Source: Candidatus Omnitrophota bacterium
Lineage (GTDB): Bacteria > Omnitrophota > Gorgyraeia > Gygaellales > Profunditerraquicolaceae
Length of the DNA: 64,000 bases
Direction: 5' to 3'
Assembly: GCA_016867115.1 (NCBI GenBank)
Contig: VGKG01000002.1
Span: 6,449-70,448, forward strand
Both the position numbers and the translations under genes were made by a program. Positions 31,765 to 41,216 of the stretch are shown in pieces (the stretch's first letter is position 1; the number at the start of each line of letters is the position of its first letter). The notes below the pieces were generated by a model. It saw only the letters and a program-made list of their open reading frames with translations. It had not been told where the DNA came from and did not search any database.

Positions 31765-31808
31765 AAGGGGCGTTTCCTCGGTTAAACGGAAATGCCCCTT
31801 TTATTTTG
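31765..31808 (+). terminator. Rho-independent terminator after the chagasin-like gene
   Basis: Stem AAGGGGCGTTTCC / GGAAATGCCCCTT followed by TTTTATTTT. Confidence 0.55.
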
Positions 31809-31980
31809 CATAACCCTACAAAGTCCAGCCAGTTATAGTATAACCCCCTCCTTTTTTAGCTAAATTTTATCTTGCAAAATAATCCTTAAGATAGTATTAT
31901 ATATTGTTAATCTGCAAGCGCAAGGGCCTGTATTTCGCACAAAAACAAGCAGATCTGCCGAGAAAACTCAGGTAATATCG

Positions 31981-32053
31981 GGGCCCGTAGCTCAGTGGAA
32001 GAGCAGGTGACTCATAATCACTTGGTCGGAGGTTCGAACCCTTCCGGGCCCAG
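31981..32053 (+). tRNA. tRNA with CAT anticodon (elongator tRNA-Met or tRNA-Ile2), CCA not encoded
   Basis: Cloverleaf readable by eye: acceptor GGGCCCG/CGGGCCC, anticodon loop CTCATAA, T-loop TTCGAAC, G1-C72 paired. Confidence 0.85.
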
Positions 32054-32224
32054 AGAGATCTTTGTAAGCTGACGGTTCAGGCGGCGAGAACCGACGACCA
32101 AAAAGGGGTGTGGGGAAAAATTTTCCCCACGCTTTCGGGGTAACAGCGTCCGGATAGTTTTCGTGCCGCAAGCGCCATAGGGGCAGAGCCCCTTTGGGGA
32201 GCGACGAGCAGGGCGAGGAGCGAC

Positions 32225-32256
32225 TGGTCGGAGGTTCGAACCCTTCCGGGCCCAGA
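32225..32256 (+). repeat. Exact 32-bp direct repeat of the 3' end of the CAT tRNA (T-arm plus 3' acceptor strand)
   Basis: TGGTCGGAGGTTCGAACCCTTCCGGGCCCAGA occurs at 32023-32054 and again at 32225-32256. No 5' half accompanies the second copy. Confidence 0.8.
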
Positions 32257-32362
32257 TGTAATTTTCCGACTAGGAAAATTACATCTGCACTCAAGCGAGC
32301 GGCCTGAAAGGCAAACTTCGACAAGCGGTTTAGCGAGCGGAGTGCAACTTGAGAAATTAATC

Positions 32363-32869
32363 ATGATCAGAAAAACGTTCCTTTTTATTTGCTTATTTTT
32401 TGTAATGGGCGCGAGAACAGCCTTTGCCACCGCCCAGATTGGCGATACTTTAATATATAAGGGCGGGCAGTTTTCTATCAGCAGCGAGCCGCTCGAGTCG
32501 TACTTTGATGAAAACCATCCGCGTCCCCGGGATTTATTTGAGTTCAGCTGCACCGCCTGCTGGAGAGGTTATGTCGCCACATGGAAGGTCGAAGACGGAT
32601 TCCTCTATCTGGTCAAAGTCATAGAGGGGACCTGCGATGCAGGCGCTCCCGAGATCCCCATAAAGAGCATCTTTCCGGACCGGGAAGCTCCGGTTAAGGC
32701 GGTCTGGTACAGCGGCGTCATAAGGATCCCCCAAGGCGAACTTTTAGAGTATGTGCATATGGGGTATGATTCGGTCTACGAAAAAGAACTACTCCTCACC
32801 TTTGAAAAGGGTAAGTTGACAGGAGAGCGGCTAAACGATAACAGGGCTGACAAGGATAAAGACGATTAG
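32363..32869 (+). CDS. Secreted hypothetical protein
   Basis: Signal peptide MIRKTFLFICLFFVMGARTAFA and no recognisable family. It lies between the tRNA-fragment repeat and tRNA-Val. Confidence 0.5.
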   Translation: MIRKTFLFICLFFVMGARTAFATAQIGDTLIYKGGQFSISSEPLESYFDENHPRPRDLFEFSCTACWRGYVATWKVEDGFLYLVKVIEGTCDAGAPEIPIKSIFPDREAPVKAVWYSGVIRIPQGELLEYVHMGYDSVYEKELLLTFEKGKLTGERLNDNRADKDKDD

Positions 32870-32881
32870 TTAAAAATCGCC

Positions 32882-32958
32882 GGGCGCATGGCTCAGCCGG
32901 TTAGAGCGCCACACTCACATTGTGGAGATCATAGGTTCGAATCCTATTGCGCCCACCA
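32882..32958 (+). tRNA. tRNA-Val (anticodon CAC), CCA encoded
   Basis: Acceptor GGGCGCA/TGCGCCC, anticodon loop CTCACAT, T-loop TTCGAAT, 3' CCA. Confidence 0.85.
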
Positions 32959-32984
32959 TAATTTAAATAAAAAAGGGAGCTGTT

Positions 32985-33704
32985 TTGCCGGCGGTGGATT
33001 TAAAATCACAAATCATCAGTTTAGTCAAGTTGCAGGTTATTGACAGCGAGATCTTCAAACTCAAGGCGGAAAAAGAGGCGAAGCCTGCGGAGATCAGGGC
33101 CTTTGAGGCTGCATTCGAAGAGAAGAAACAAAACCTCGCCACCCTGGAAAAGAAGCTGCTTGACCTGCAGAAGCAGAGAAAAGACAAAGAATTGGAATTA
33201 GCCGCAAAAGAAGAGGAAGCGAAGAAGCTGCAGAACCAGCTTTATTCGCTGAAGACGAACAAAGAATACCAGGCGATGCTGCAGGAGATCCAGAATAAAA
33301 AAGCCGACGGCTCGGTGTTCGAGGACCAGATCCTGGTCTTATTCGACGAGGCGGATAAGGTCAAGACCGAGACCGAGCAGGAAAAACTGAGGCTTAAAGA
33401 GGAAGAAAAAGTATTTTTACAGCAGAAGAATACGGTCGAAGCCAGGATAAAGGATATCGATGACCGTTTAAGCGTATTGGACGCCCAAAGAAAACAGGCC
33501 CTGGCCGATATCGACCCCAAGATCCTCAGTCAGTACGAGAGGATACTCTCAAACCGTGATGGGCTGGCGATCGTGGACGTCAAAAATAATTCCTGCGGCG
33601 GCTGCAATATGTTTGTCCCTCCCCAGGTGATCAATCTGATCAAGATGTACGAACGCATAATTACCTGTGAGATCTGCAACCGTATATTGTATATCGAAGA
33701 ATGA
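32985..33704 (+). CDS. Coiled-coil protein with C-terminal C4 zinc ribbon (COG1579 family)
   Basis: Long coiled coil, then CGGCNMFVP…CEICNRILY. Confidence 0.6.
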   Translation: MPAVDLKSQIISLVKLQVIDSEIFKLKAEKEAKPAEIRAFEAAFEEKKQNLATLEKKLLDLQKQRKDKELELAAKEEEAKKLQNQLYSLKTNKEYQAMLQEIQNKKADGSVFEDQILVLFDEADKVKTETEQEKLRLKEEEKVFLQQKNTVEARIKDIDDRLSVLDAQRKQALADIDPKILSQYERILSNRDGLAIVDVKNNSCGGCNMFVPPQVINLIKMYERIITCEICNRILYIEE

Positions 33705-34243
33705 AGCGCTTTGAGATCTACATCGACGGAGCCTCAAAAGGCAATCCCGGGCCAAGCGGAGTAGGGGTGGTGATCTGCGAAGGCAAAGAGGCCGTCAGGA
33801 ATATCTCGGTATTCATCGGCAATACCACTAATAATGTAGCGGAATATACGGCGTTGATCTACGCTTTACAGGAAGCGCTTAAGCTAAAGGCAGAGGTATT
33901 AAAGATCAATACGGACAGCCAGCTTCTTTACCGGCAGCTGAAGATGGTCTACAAGACAAGGCATCCCAACATCGTCGGGCTTTACAATCAGGTTTCACAT
34001 TTGTTGCCTGCTTTTAAAGAGGTAATTTTTGCGCATATCCCGCGCGAGAAGAATAAGGGCGCGGATAGACTGGCTACTAATGCCATCAGGGAAGAAGCAA
34101 AGAAAAATGTCTCTTTGAAAACCGGGCGGGTAGGATGCGGCTGCTCTGGCCCAAAGCCGGAGAGGAAAGTCCGGGCTCCGGAGGATAGCGTAGTGGGTAA
34201 TACCCATCACTCAGCCCAGGTAAACTGGGATTGGGGAGGATGA
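33701..34243 (+). CDS. rnhA: Ribonuclease HI; the ORF has no stop until about 120 nt into rnpB
   Basis: IDGASKGNPGPSGVGVV…TNNVAEYTALIYAL…HIPREKNKGADRLA. The domain is complete by about residue 135. The remaining 45 codons are read from RNase P RNA sequence. Confidence 0.8.
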   Translation: MKRFEIYIDGASKGNPGPSGVGVVICEGKEAVRNISVFIGNTTNNVAEYTALIYALQEALKLKAEVLKINTDSQLLYRQLKMVYKTRHPNIVGLYNQVSHLLPAFKEVIFAHIPREKNKGADRLATNAIREEAKKNVSLKTGRVGCGCSGPKPERKVRAPEDSVVGNTHHSAQVNWDWGG

Positions 34244-34484
34244 GAGCCACAGAGACGAGTCCGGCCTGAAAAGGCCGGGGTGAAACGGGGCAATCTCTAC
34301 GCGGAGAAAGGCAGAATAGGAGACGAGCCCGCCATTATAGATGGCGGACAGGCGCTGATCCGGCGCGTCATTAGTCTCGGGTAAGCTGCTTGAGTCCCGG
34401 GGGCGACCCCTGGATCGAGAGGAATGGCCGATAAGGATGCGAAAAATCGCATTGACACAGAACCCGGCTTATTCTACCCGCTCT
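34122..34484 (+). ncRNA. rnpB: RNase P RNA (rnpB), bacterial type A
   Basis: P4 strands AGGAAAGTCCGGGCTCC and ACAGAACCCGGCTTAT, GGGTAAGCTGCTTGAG (P15-16 region), and P1 pairing GCGGGTAGGA/TTCTACCCGC. Confidence 0.85.
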
Positions 34485-34531
34485 TTAAAATTGCCGTTAA
34501 CCGATAATTCAATTTCAAATTAAAACTAAAA

Positions 34532-34575
34532 ATTTGACATTTGTCATTTGAAAATTTATTTGACATTTGAAATTA
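34532..34575 (+). promoter_or_regulatory. Direct repeats TTTGACATTTG (x2) and CATTTGAAA(A)TT (x2), two TTGACA boxes, promoter or operator-like, upstream of yebC
   Basis: Read from the sequence. The -10 elements are weak. Confidence 0.3.
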
Positions 34576-34602
34576 AGATGTATTTAAAGAGGAGGTAATA
34601 AT

Positions 34603-35355
34603 ATGTCAGGTCATTCGAAATGGAAGACGAATAAGGCGAAAAAGTCCGCAGCGGACGCAAAGAAAGGCGCTGCCTACACCAAGATCATCAAGGAGATTAC
34701 CGTCGCCGCGCGCGACGGCGGCAATCCCGATACTAACCCGCGACTGCGCACGGCGATTGCCCGCGCAAGAGAACTGAACATGCCTTCGGACAACGTCAAG
34801 ATGGCGATCAAGCGCGGTACAGGAGAGCTGCCGGGGGTAGTCTATGAGACGGTCATGTATGAAGGTTATGCGTCGGGAGGTGTCGCTATCATGATCGAAT
34901 GCCTCACCGACAATAAGAACCGCACCACCGCGGAACTGCGCAACATCATGTCCAAAAAAGGCGGGAATATGGCGGGCGCAGGTTCGGTAGCCTGGATGTT
35001 CACCAAGAAGGGTTATTTTCTGATCGAAAAGTCGCAGGCCAAGGAGGAGGATCTTTTTAACACCGTCATCGAAGCCGGAGCAGAGGATATGAAGTCAGAC
35101 GATAAGAATTTCGAGATCTATACTCCGGTAGCCAGTTTTGAGAACGTAAAGCAGGCGCTGACGGAAAAAGGGATCAAATGGCAGGACGCTGAACTGACCA
35201 TGGTGCCCTCTTCGACGGTAAAAGTCACCGGCGGCGATGCCAAGCAGGTCCTGGGGCTGATCGATGCGCTCGAAGAGCACGACGACGTACAGCAGGTCTA
35301 CGCCAACTTCGATATTCCCGATGAGATCCTTGAAGAGGTGGCTTCCGAGGAATGA
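34603..35355 (+). CDS. yebC: YebC/PmpR-family transcriptional regulator
   Basis: MSGHSKWKT…GGNPDTNPRLR…; conserved yebC-ruvC-ruvA neighbourhood. Confidence 0.9.
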   Translation: MSGHSKWKTNKAKKSAADAKKGAAYTKIIKEITVAARDGGNPDTNPRLRTAIARARELNMPSDNVKMAIKRGTGELPGVVYETVMYEGYASGGVAIMIECLTDNKNRTTAELRNIMSKKGGNMAGAGSVAWMFTKKGYFLIEKSQAKEEDLFNTVIEAGAEDMKSDDKNFEIYTPVASFENVKQALTEKGIKWQDAELTMVPSSTVKVTGGDAKQVLGLIDALEEHDDVQQVYANFDIPDEILEEVASEE

Positions 35356-35834
35356 TCATCCTAGGAGTCGATCCGGCACTAAGCGTCACGGGTTACGGAG
35401 TGATCCGGGCAGAGCGGGGCCAACTCTCTTTGATAGAAGCGGGAATAATCTCGACCTCCAGCCGCCAGGAATTGCCCGAACGCCTAGGTAAGATCTATAA
35501 TGCGCTGGTGAAATTGATCTCTGATGTTAAGCCGGATTGCCTGGTGCTGGAAAAACTTTACGCGCATTACCGCCATCCGACTACCGCGTACCTGTTAGGC
35601 CAGGCGCGCGGGGTGATCTGCCTAGCCTGCGCCATCCAGAAAGTTAAACTGGAAGAATATGCGGCAACGCGGGTGAAAAAGGCGATCGTGGGCAGGGGCC
35701 TGGCTTCTAAATCGCAGGTACAGAGAATGGTCTCAAGTATTCTCGGCCTTGAAAGCGTGCCTAAGTATACGGATGTGACTGATGCCTTAGGTTTAGCCAT
35801 CGCGCACAGTTACATTGCGAAAGCAAGAATATGA
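35352..35834 (+). CDS. ruvC: Holliday junction resolvase RuvC
   Basis: MIILGVDPALSVTGYGVI… catalytic N-terminus, 160 aa. Confidence 0.9.
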   Translation: MIILGVDPALSVTGYGVIRAERGQLSLIEAGIISTSSRQELPERLGKIYNALVKLISDVKPDCLVLEKLYAHYRHPTTAYLLGQARGVICLACAIQKVKLEEYAATRVKKAIVGRGLASKSQVQRMVSSILGLESVPKYTDVTDALGLAIAHSYIAKARI

Positions 35835-36457
35835 TCTCAAGGATTTCCGGAAAAATCGTAGAGAGGGGTGCGAATTACCTGGTCGTGGATACCGGCGGCA
35901 TCTGCTATGAGGTATTGCTTCCGGGTTGCGTGATGCAGCGCATGGAGGAGAATACCGCTACTGACGGAAAAGTGAACCTGATCACCTACCATTACCATCA
36001 GGTAGATCCGGCAAAAAGCATCCCCGTCTTGATCGGTTTCCTGAATCAGGTAGAAAAGGACTTTTTTGAAGTCTTTATTACCGTCTCCGGAATCGGGCCC
36101 AGGGCAGCACTCAAGGCCCTGAATAAGCCCATTTCGCAGATCGCCCGCGCCATAGACGAATCCGATGTCAAGTTTTTAAGGTCCCTTCCCGGTATCGGCG
36201 AGCAGAGGGCAAAAGAGATCGTGGCTAAACTGCAGAATAAGATCGGTAGGTTCGGCCTGATCCAGGATACGGGTAAGGAAGAGCGCGAGATCGCTGCCAA
36301 GGATATCGCGCAGGAAGCGATCGCGGTCCTGATGCAGCTAGAGTATAAAAAACAGGAAGCCACCGGCATGGTGAAAAAGGCGCTTAGCGACTCACCTGAT
36401 ATCCAGACCACGGAAGAGTTGTTAAACGTCGTTTACAAGCAAAGGAAGATAAGGTAA
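35831..36457 (+). CDS. ruvA: Holliday junction branch-migration protein RuvA
   Basis: MISRISGKIVE…, HhH motifs (LPGIGEQRAKEIV). No ruvB follows. Confidence 0.9.
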   Translation: MISRISGKIVERGANYLVVDTGGICYEVLLPGCVMQRMEENTATDGKVNLITYHYHQVDPAKSIPVLIGFLNQVEKDFFEVFITVSGIGPRAALKALNKPISQIARAIDESDVKFLRSLPGIGEQRAKEIVAKLQNKIGRFGLIQDTGKEEREIAAKDIAQEAIAVLMQLEYKKQEATGMVKKALSDSPDIQTTEELLNVVYKQRKIR

Positions 36458-36459
36458 AT

Positions 36460-37101
36460 ATGCCACAGGATAATATCAAGTCCGCTATCGAAGCCCTGCT
36501 TTTTGCCAGCGAAAAACCCCTGACCCTTGAGCAGCTCAGGGATGCATTGGATAACCTGAACGCAAATGAAGTGCGCGCAAAGATCGAAGAGCTGAAGTCT
36601 GATTACGAGGCGACAAGCCGGGGATTGCGCATCGTAGAGGTCGCCGGCGGATACAGGATGATCACCGCCTCGGGTTTTGCCCCGTTTTTAAAGAAGCTCT
36701 TTAAGGACCGCCTGAAAGAGAGGCTTTCAAAGCCTGCGCTTGAGACCCTGGCGATCATCGCGTATAAACAGCCCCTGACGCGCAGCGAAATAGAGTTGTT
36801 GAGGAACGTAAATGTCGACGGAGTGATGAAGACGCTACTGGACAAGGACCTTATCCGCATCACCGGAAGGAAGAAAGTCCCGGGCAGGCCCATTGTCTAC
36901 GGTACTACCCGGATATTTTTAGAGCATTTCGGTTTAAAATCATTAGATGAACTTCCGAAGATGGAGGATTTTTCCAAATTCGCCGAGAAGGTCGAAGAGG
37001 CCCAGATCGAGCCGATTGAAGAAGGCGCTGCGGTAGATTTGCAAAACGCGCCTGCGGAGGAATTAAATGAAACCAAAGAATCTAGCGAACCTGCGCCGTA
37101 A
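36460..37101 (+). CDS. scpB: Segregation and condensation protein B (ScpB)
   Basis: IEALLFASEKPLTLEQL…, tandem winged helices and an acidic tail. Confidence 0.85.
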   Translation: MPQDNIKSAIEALLFASEKPLTLEQLRDALDNLNANEVRAKIEELKSDYEATSRGLRIVEVAGGYRMITASGFAPFLKKLFKDRLKERLSKPALETLAIIAYKQPLTRSEIELLRNVNVDGVMKTLLDKDLIRITGRKKVPGRPIVYGTTRIFLEHFGLKSLDELPKMEDFSKFAEKVEEAQIEPIEEGAAVDLQNAPAEELNETKESSEPAP

Positions 37102-38137
37102 GATCGATGACCTGGATAAAAAGATAACCGCGCTCCTGAACCTGCGCGCCAGGGTCATCCTGGATATCGCCAGAGTCAAACAGAAGAGTGGTGAGAGCAT
37201 CTATTCGCCTGACCGCGAAAGAGAGGTATTAAGGCGCCTGGCCCAGACTAACCGTGGCCCGCTTACCCAGCCTGCACTTGAAGCGATCTACCGCGAGATC
37301 ATGTCCAGCAGCCTCTCTCTGGAAAAACCTTTAAAGATCGCTTACCTTGGCCCCGAAGCATCCTTCACTAACCTGGCGGCATTAAAGAAGTTCGGTTCGC
37401 AGGTAGGTTATATCGCCTGTGAGAGTATCTCTGATGTCTTCCTGGAGGTGGAAAGGGAGAATGCCGATTACGGTGTTGTCCCCATCGAGAATTCTATCGA
37501 GGGCGCGGTGACGCATACCCTGGATATCCTGGTGGATTCGGACCTGAAGATCTGCGCCCAGGTAATCCTGGATATTTCGCATAATCTTTTGGCTAATTGC
37601 CCGATGAATAAGATCAGGCGGGTGTATTCAAATCCCCAGGTCTTTGGCCAGTGCCGTATCTGGCTGCAGGAGAACCTGCCGCAGGCGGAAAGAATCGAAG
37701 TCTCAAGCACCACCCGCGCTGCCCAGATCGCGGCTAAAGAGAAAAATAGCGCCTGTATCGCCTCGCTCCTGGCGGCAGAGGTGTATAAATTAAAGGTAGT
37801 GGCTTCCGATATCGAAGATTCGCCGCACAATGTCACGCGCTTCCTGGTCATCGGCAAGACCGATGTCCGCCAGACCGGTCATGACAAGACCTCGATCCTT
37901 TTTTCCATCAAGGACAGGGTCGGGGCATTACATGATATGCTGCTGCCTTTCAAGAGGCATAAGATCAACCTGACTAAGATCGAATCCCGGCCTTCAAAAA
38001 GAAAGGCCTGGGATTATTATTTCTTCATGGACCTTAAGGGGCACCGGCTTGATCCAAGCGTAAAAAAAGCGTTAGATGAGCTTGAGTCCAAGTGCAAGTT
38101 CCTGAAGGTTCTGGGAAGTTATCCGATAAGCGATTAG
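37067..38137 (+). CDS. pheA: Bifunctional chorismate mutase / prephenate dehydratase (P-protein)
   Basis: N-terminal AroQ chorismate mutase helix (…RRKIDDLDKKITALLNLRARV…), a PDT domain (LGPEASFT…) and a C-terminal ACT domain. Confidence 0.85.
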   Translation: MKPKNLANLRRKIDDLDKKITALLNLRARVILDIARVKQKSGESIYSPDREREVLRRLAQTNRGPLTQPALEAIYREIMSSSLSLEKPLKIAYLGPEASFTNLAALKKFGSQVGYIACESISDVFLEVERENADYGVVPIENSIEGAVTHTLDILVDSDLKICAQVILDISHNLLANCPMNKIRRVYSNPQVFGQCRIWLQENLPQAERIEVSSTTRAAQIAAKEKNSACIASLLAAEVYKLKVVASDIEDSPHNVTRFLVIGKTDVRQTGHDKTSILFSIKDRVGALHDMLLPFKRHKINLTKIESRPSKRKAWDYYFFMDLKGHRLDPSVKKALDELESKCKFLKVLGSYPISD

Positions 38138-38165
38138 TATAGTCAACGAGGAAAATCATATTTAT

Positions 38166-38243
38166 GATTACACGGATTTTTAATTAAGATTACACAGATT
38201 AAAGCTTTTATCTGTGTAACCTGCTTTTATAATCTGCGTAATC
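38166..38243. repeat. Four copies of about 12 bp GATTACAC(G/A)GAT in alternating orientation, including a 10-bp-stem hairpin with a T-rich tail
   Basis: GATTACACGGAT, GATTACACAGAT, ATCTGTGTAAC, AATCTGCGTAATC in the pheA/hisC-like gap. Confidence 0.45.
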
Positions 38244-38273
38244 AGACATAATGTCCTATATTCGGATACTAAA

Positions 38274-39368
38274 ATGAGTTTAGTGAGAAAGAATATCCTG
38301 AAGATCGCGCCGTACGAGGCAGGCAAGCCCATCGAAGAGACTAAGAGGCAATTGGGCTTAAGGGAAGTGATAAAGCTGGCTTCTAATGAGAATCCCCTGG
38401 GATCGTCGGGAAGAGCGCTTAAGGCTATCAGCAAGGGTTTAAAAGGCCTTAACCGTTATCCTGACAGCTCCGGGTTCTACCTGAAAAGGAAGCTTGCCAG
38501 GCACCTGAATCTTGAGCCGGGCAACCTCGTTTTGGGAAACGGCTCGGATGAACTGATCGATATCCTGATCAAGGCCTTCGTGGAAGAGGACGAATCTATC
38601 GTCACCTCGGAGGCTACATTCCTCGAATATAAGATCATTGCCTCCGTAAACGGCCGCAGCGTCATCACCGTGCCGCTTAAATATTTCAAATACGACCTGG
38701 ATGCGATCAGAAGGAAGATAGATAAGAAGACAAAGGCCGTCTTTATTGCCAATCCCAATAACCCGACCGGCACATATGTGACCAGGCAGGAGGTGGATGA
38801 GTTTATCCGCGAACTTCCGCAGGATGTGCTCCTGGTTCTGGATGAGGCCTATGATACTTTTATCGATGTCAACGATTTTCCTAACAGCCTCGGTTACATC
38901 CGCAATAAGAACGTTGCGGTGCTTAAGACCTTTTCCAAGGCCTACGGCTTGGCGGGCCTTAGGATCGGTTATTGCGTAGTGAGGCCGGAGCTGGCATCTT
39001 ATATGGAGATTGCACGCCAGCCCTTTAACACGAATAGCCTGGCGCAGGAAGCGGCGATCGCAGCGCTGGATGACCGCGAGTTCCTCAAAAAGACCAGAAA
39101 AATAGTCCTTGAAGGCAAGGGCTTTCTTTACGACCAGCTCAAAAAGCTAGGCCTGGCCTACGTGCCTTCAGTGGCCAACTTTATTTTAATCGATGTGGGC
39201 AGGGACGGCGCAGCCGTGTTTCGTGAAATGCTCAAGTTCGGGGTGATCGTGCGCGATATGCGCCAGTACGACCTGAAAAATTATATCCGTGTCACTATCG
39301 GGCTGGCTAAAGAGAACGAACGCTTTATCCGGGTATTAAAAAAAGTGCTTAGGGGGGACAGGAGATGA
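38274..39368 (+). CDS. hisC: Histidinol-phosphate/aromatic aminotransferase (class II PLP enzyme)
   Basis: …LASNENPLG… and a PLP-lysine region ([16 protein letters not shown]). Embedded in an aromatic amino-acid gene block, so it may act as the Phe/Tyr aminotransferase. Confidence 0.8.
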   Translation: MSLVRKNILKIAPYEAGKPIEETKRQLGLREVIKLASNENPLGSSGRALKAISKGLKGLNRYPDSSGFYLKRKLARHLNLEPGNLVLGNGSDELIDILIKAFVEEDESIVTSEATFLEYKIIASVNGRSVITVPLKYFKYDLDAIRRKIDKKTKAVFIANPNNPTGTYVTRQEVDEFIRELPQDVLLVLDEAYDTFIDVNDFPNSLGYIRNKNVAVLKTFSKAYGLAGLRIGYCVVRPELASYMEIARQPFNTNSLAQEAAIAALDDREFLKKTRKIVLEGKGFLYDQLKKLGLAYVPSVANFILIDVGRDGAAVFREMLKFGVIVRDMRQYDLKNYIRVTIGLAKENERFIRVLKKVLRGDRR

Positions 39369-40381
39369 TCATTGTCTTAAGGCCGGACGCAACCGAAGAA
39401 CAGATTAACCATATTATCGAAAAAGCCCAGAAACTGGGCTTGAAACCGCACGTCTCAAAAGGCGTTGAGCGTACCATTATCGGATTGATAGGCCCGGAGG
39501 ACATCTTAAGGGTCACGCCTTTAGAGGTCTTTCCCGGCGTCGAGAAAGTCATGCCGGTCCTTGCCCCGTATAAGCTCGTCTCGCGGGAGTTTAAGCGCGA
39601 AGATTCGGTCATTGACCTGGGCAAGGGCGTAAAGATCGGGGGAAAGCGCATTATCGTCATGGCCGGCCCCTGCGCTATTGAAAACCTGGATACGCTTTAC
39701 GGCGTAGCGCAGGAAGTGAAAAAGGCGGGAGCCACGGTCTTACGCGGAGGCGCGTTTAAGCCGCGTACTTCTCCTTACAGCTTTCAGGGGCTCGGAGAAG
39801 AGGGATTGAGATTTTTAAAAGAAGTCGGGGATAGATTGGACCTGGTCACCGTCACCGAGGTCATGGATCCCAGGGACGTGGATTTAGTGGCCCGTTACGC
39901 GGATGTTTTGCAGATCGGCGCGCGTAATATGCAGAACTTTAACCTGCTCAAAGAAGTAGGCATGACGAAGAAGCCGGTGCTCCTGAAGCGCGGGATGTCT
40001 TCGACGGTAAAGGAGCTCCTGATGTCCGCGGAATATATCCTCTCCGGAGGGAACTTCAACGTCATCCTCTGCGAGCGCGGGATCAGGACATTCGAGGATT
40101 TCACCCGTAATACCCTTGATATCAGCGTAGTGCCGGCAGTGGAGCAGCTTTCGCATCTGCCGATCATCGTCGATCCTTCTCACGCCGCCGGTAAATGGGG
40201 CATGGTCAGTCCTCTTTCTAAGGCGGCGGTCGCCTGCGGGGCAGACGGCCTGATCATCGAGGTGCATAGCCATCCCGAAGATGCCCTTTCTGACGGCGCG
40301 CAGTCGCTTAAGCCGGCTAATTTCGCCCAGTTGATGCAGGAGCTGAAAGTCCTGGCCGGGGTCTTAGGCAGGGAGTTGTAA
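39365..40381 (+). CDS. 3-deoxy-7-phosphoheptulonate (DAHP) synthase, class I-beta with an N-terminal regulatory domain
   Basis: KDO8P/DAHP synthase core (…[10 protein letters not shown]…[11 protein letters not shown]…) preceded by an ACT/ferredoxin-like 70-aa domain. Confidence 0.8.
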   Translation: MIIVLRPDATEEQINHIIEKAQKLGLKPHVSKGVERTIIGLIGPEDILRVTPLEVFPGVEKVMPVLAPYKLVSREFKREDSVIDLGKGVKIGGKRIIVMAGPCAIENLDTLYGVAQEVKKAGATVLRGGAFKPRTSPYSFQGLGEEGLRFLKEVGDRLDLVTVTEVMDPRDVDLVARYADVLQIGARNMQNFNLLKEVGMTKKPVLLKRGMSSTVKELLMSAEYILSGGNFNVILCERGIRTFEDFTRNTLDISVVPAVEQLSHLPIIVDPSHAAGKWGMVSPLSKAAVACGADGLIIEVHSHPEDALSDGAQSLKPANFAQLMQELKVLAGVLGREL

Positions 40382-40385
40382 CCGG

Positions 40386-41216
40386 ATGAAGCTATTCAAG
40401 CAGGTCGCGATCGTAGGAACAGGCCTGGTCGGCGGTTCGCTGGCCCTGGCGATAAAAAAGAAGAGGCTTGCCGGTGAAGTGGTCGGAGTCAGCCGGCATA
40501 GAAGAAGTATTTGGCTGGCGAAAAAAAGAGGCGCCATTGACCGCGGTTCGCAGGAGCTGGATATCATCAAAGACGCCGACCTGGTCGTACTCTCCATGCC
40601 GGTTGGCGCGATCATGGAGCTCTCCCCGAAAATCGCCCGGATCATAAAGAAGGATTGCCTGGTCACGGATGTAGGCAGCACAAAAGCTGCTATCGTCGCG
40701 CGGCTTGAAAAGTGTTTTAAAAATTACCTGGGAAGCCATCCTTTGGCGGGCTCTGAAAAAAGAGGAATAGCCAATGCCGGCGCCGGGCTTTTCAAAGATT
40801 CGCTCTGTATTTTGACCCCTACCGGAAAGACCCCGAAGCGGGTATTGAGAAAGATGGAACTATTCTGGCAGGCGCTTGGCGCAAAGACCAGCGTCATCGA
40901 TCCGGCGGCTCACGATAAGGCCCTTTCCTTTACCAGCCACCTGCCGCATGTGGCGGCCTTTTCCCTGATCGATACCGTTCCGTCAGGCTTCGCGAAGCTT
41001 TCATCGACCGGATTAAGAGATACCACCCGGATCGCGGCTTCTGACAGCGAGCTCTGGAGCGAGATCTTTTTGAGTAACGCCGGAGCGCTCATCAGGGCCA
41101 TTGACGGCTACATTAAAAACTTACGCCGTACCAGAAGTGCGCTTAAAAGCAGGGACAAAAGGGCGCTGACCCGGATCCTTGCGCGGGCAAAAGAAAAAAG
41201 AACCAGGCTTCTATGA
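40386..41216 (+). CDS. tyrA: Prephenate/arogenate dehydrogenase
   Basis: VAIVGTGLVGGSLA Rossmann motif and a TyrA catalytic domain. Confidence 0.75.
   Translation: MKLFKQVAIVGTGLVGGSLALAIKKKRLAGEVVGVSRHRRSIWLAKKRGAIDRGSQELDIIKDADLVVLSMPVGAIMELSPKIARIIKKDCLVTDVGSTKAAIVARLEKCFKNYLGSHPLAGSEKRGIANAGAGLFKDSLCILTPTGKTPKRVLRKMELFWQALGAKTSVIDPAAHDKALSFTSHLPHVAAFSLIDTVPSGFAKLSSTGLRDTTRIAASDSELWSEIFLSNAGALIRAIDGYIKNLRRTRSALKSRDKRALTRILARAKEKRTRLL

Noticed and set aside
32162-32256. Possible second complete tRNA
   Set aside because: Only the T-arm and 3' acceptor strand are present. No matching 5' acceptor strand or anticodon arm upstream; interpreted as a duplicated fragment.
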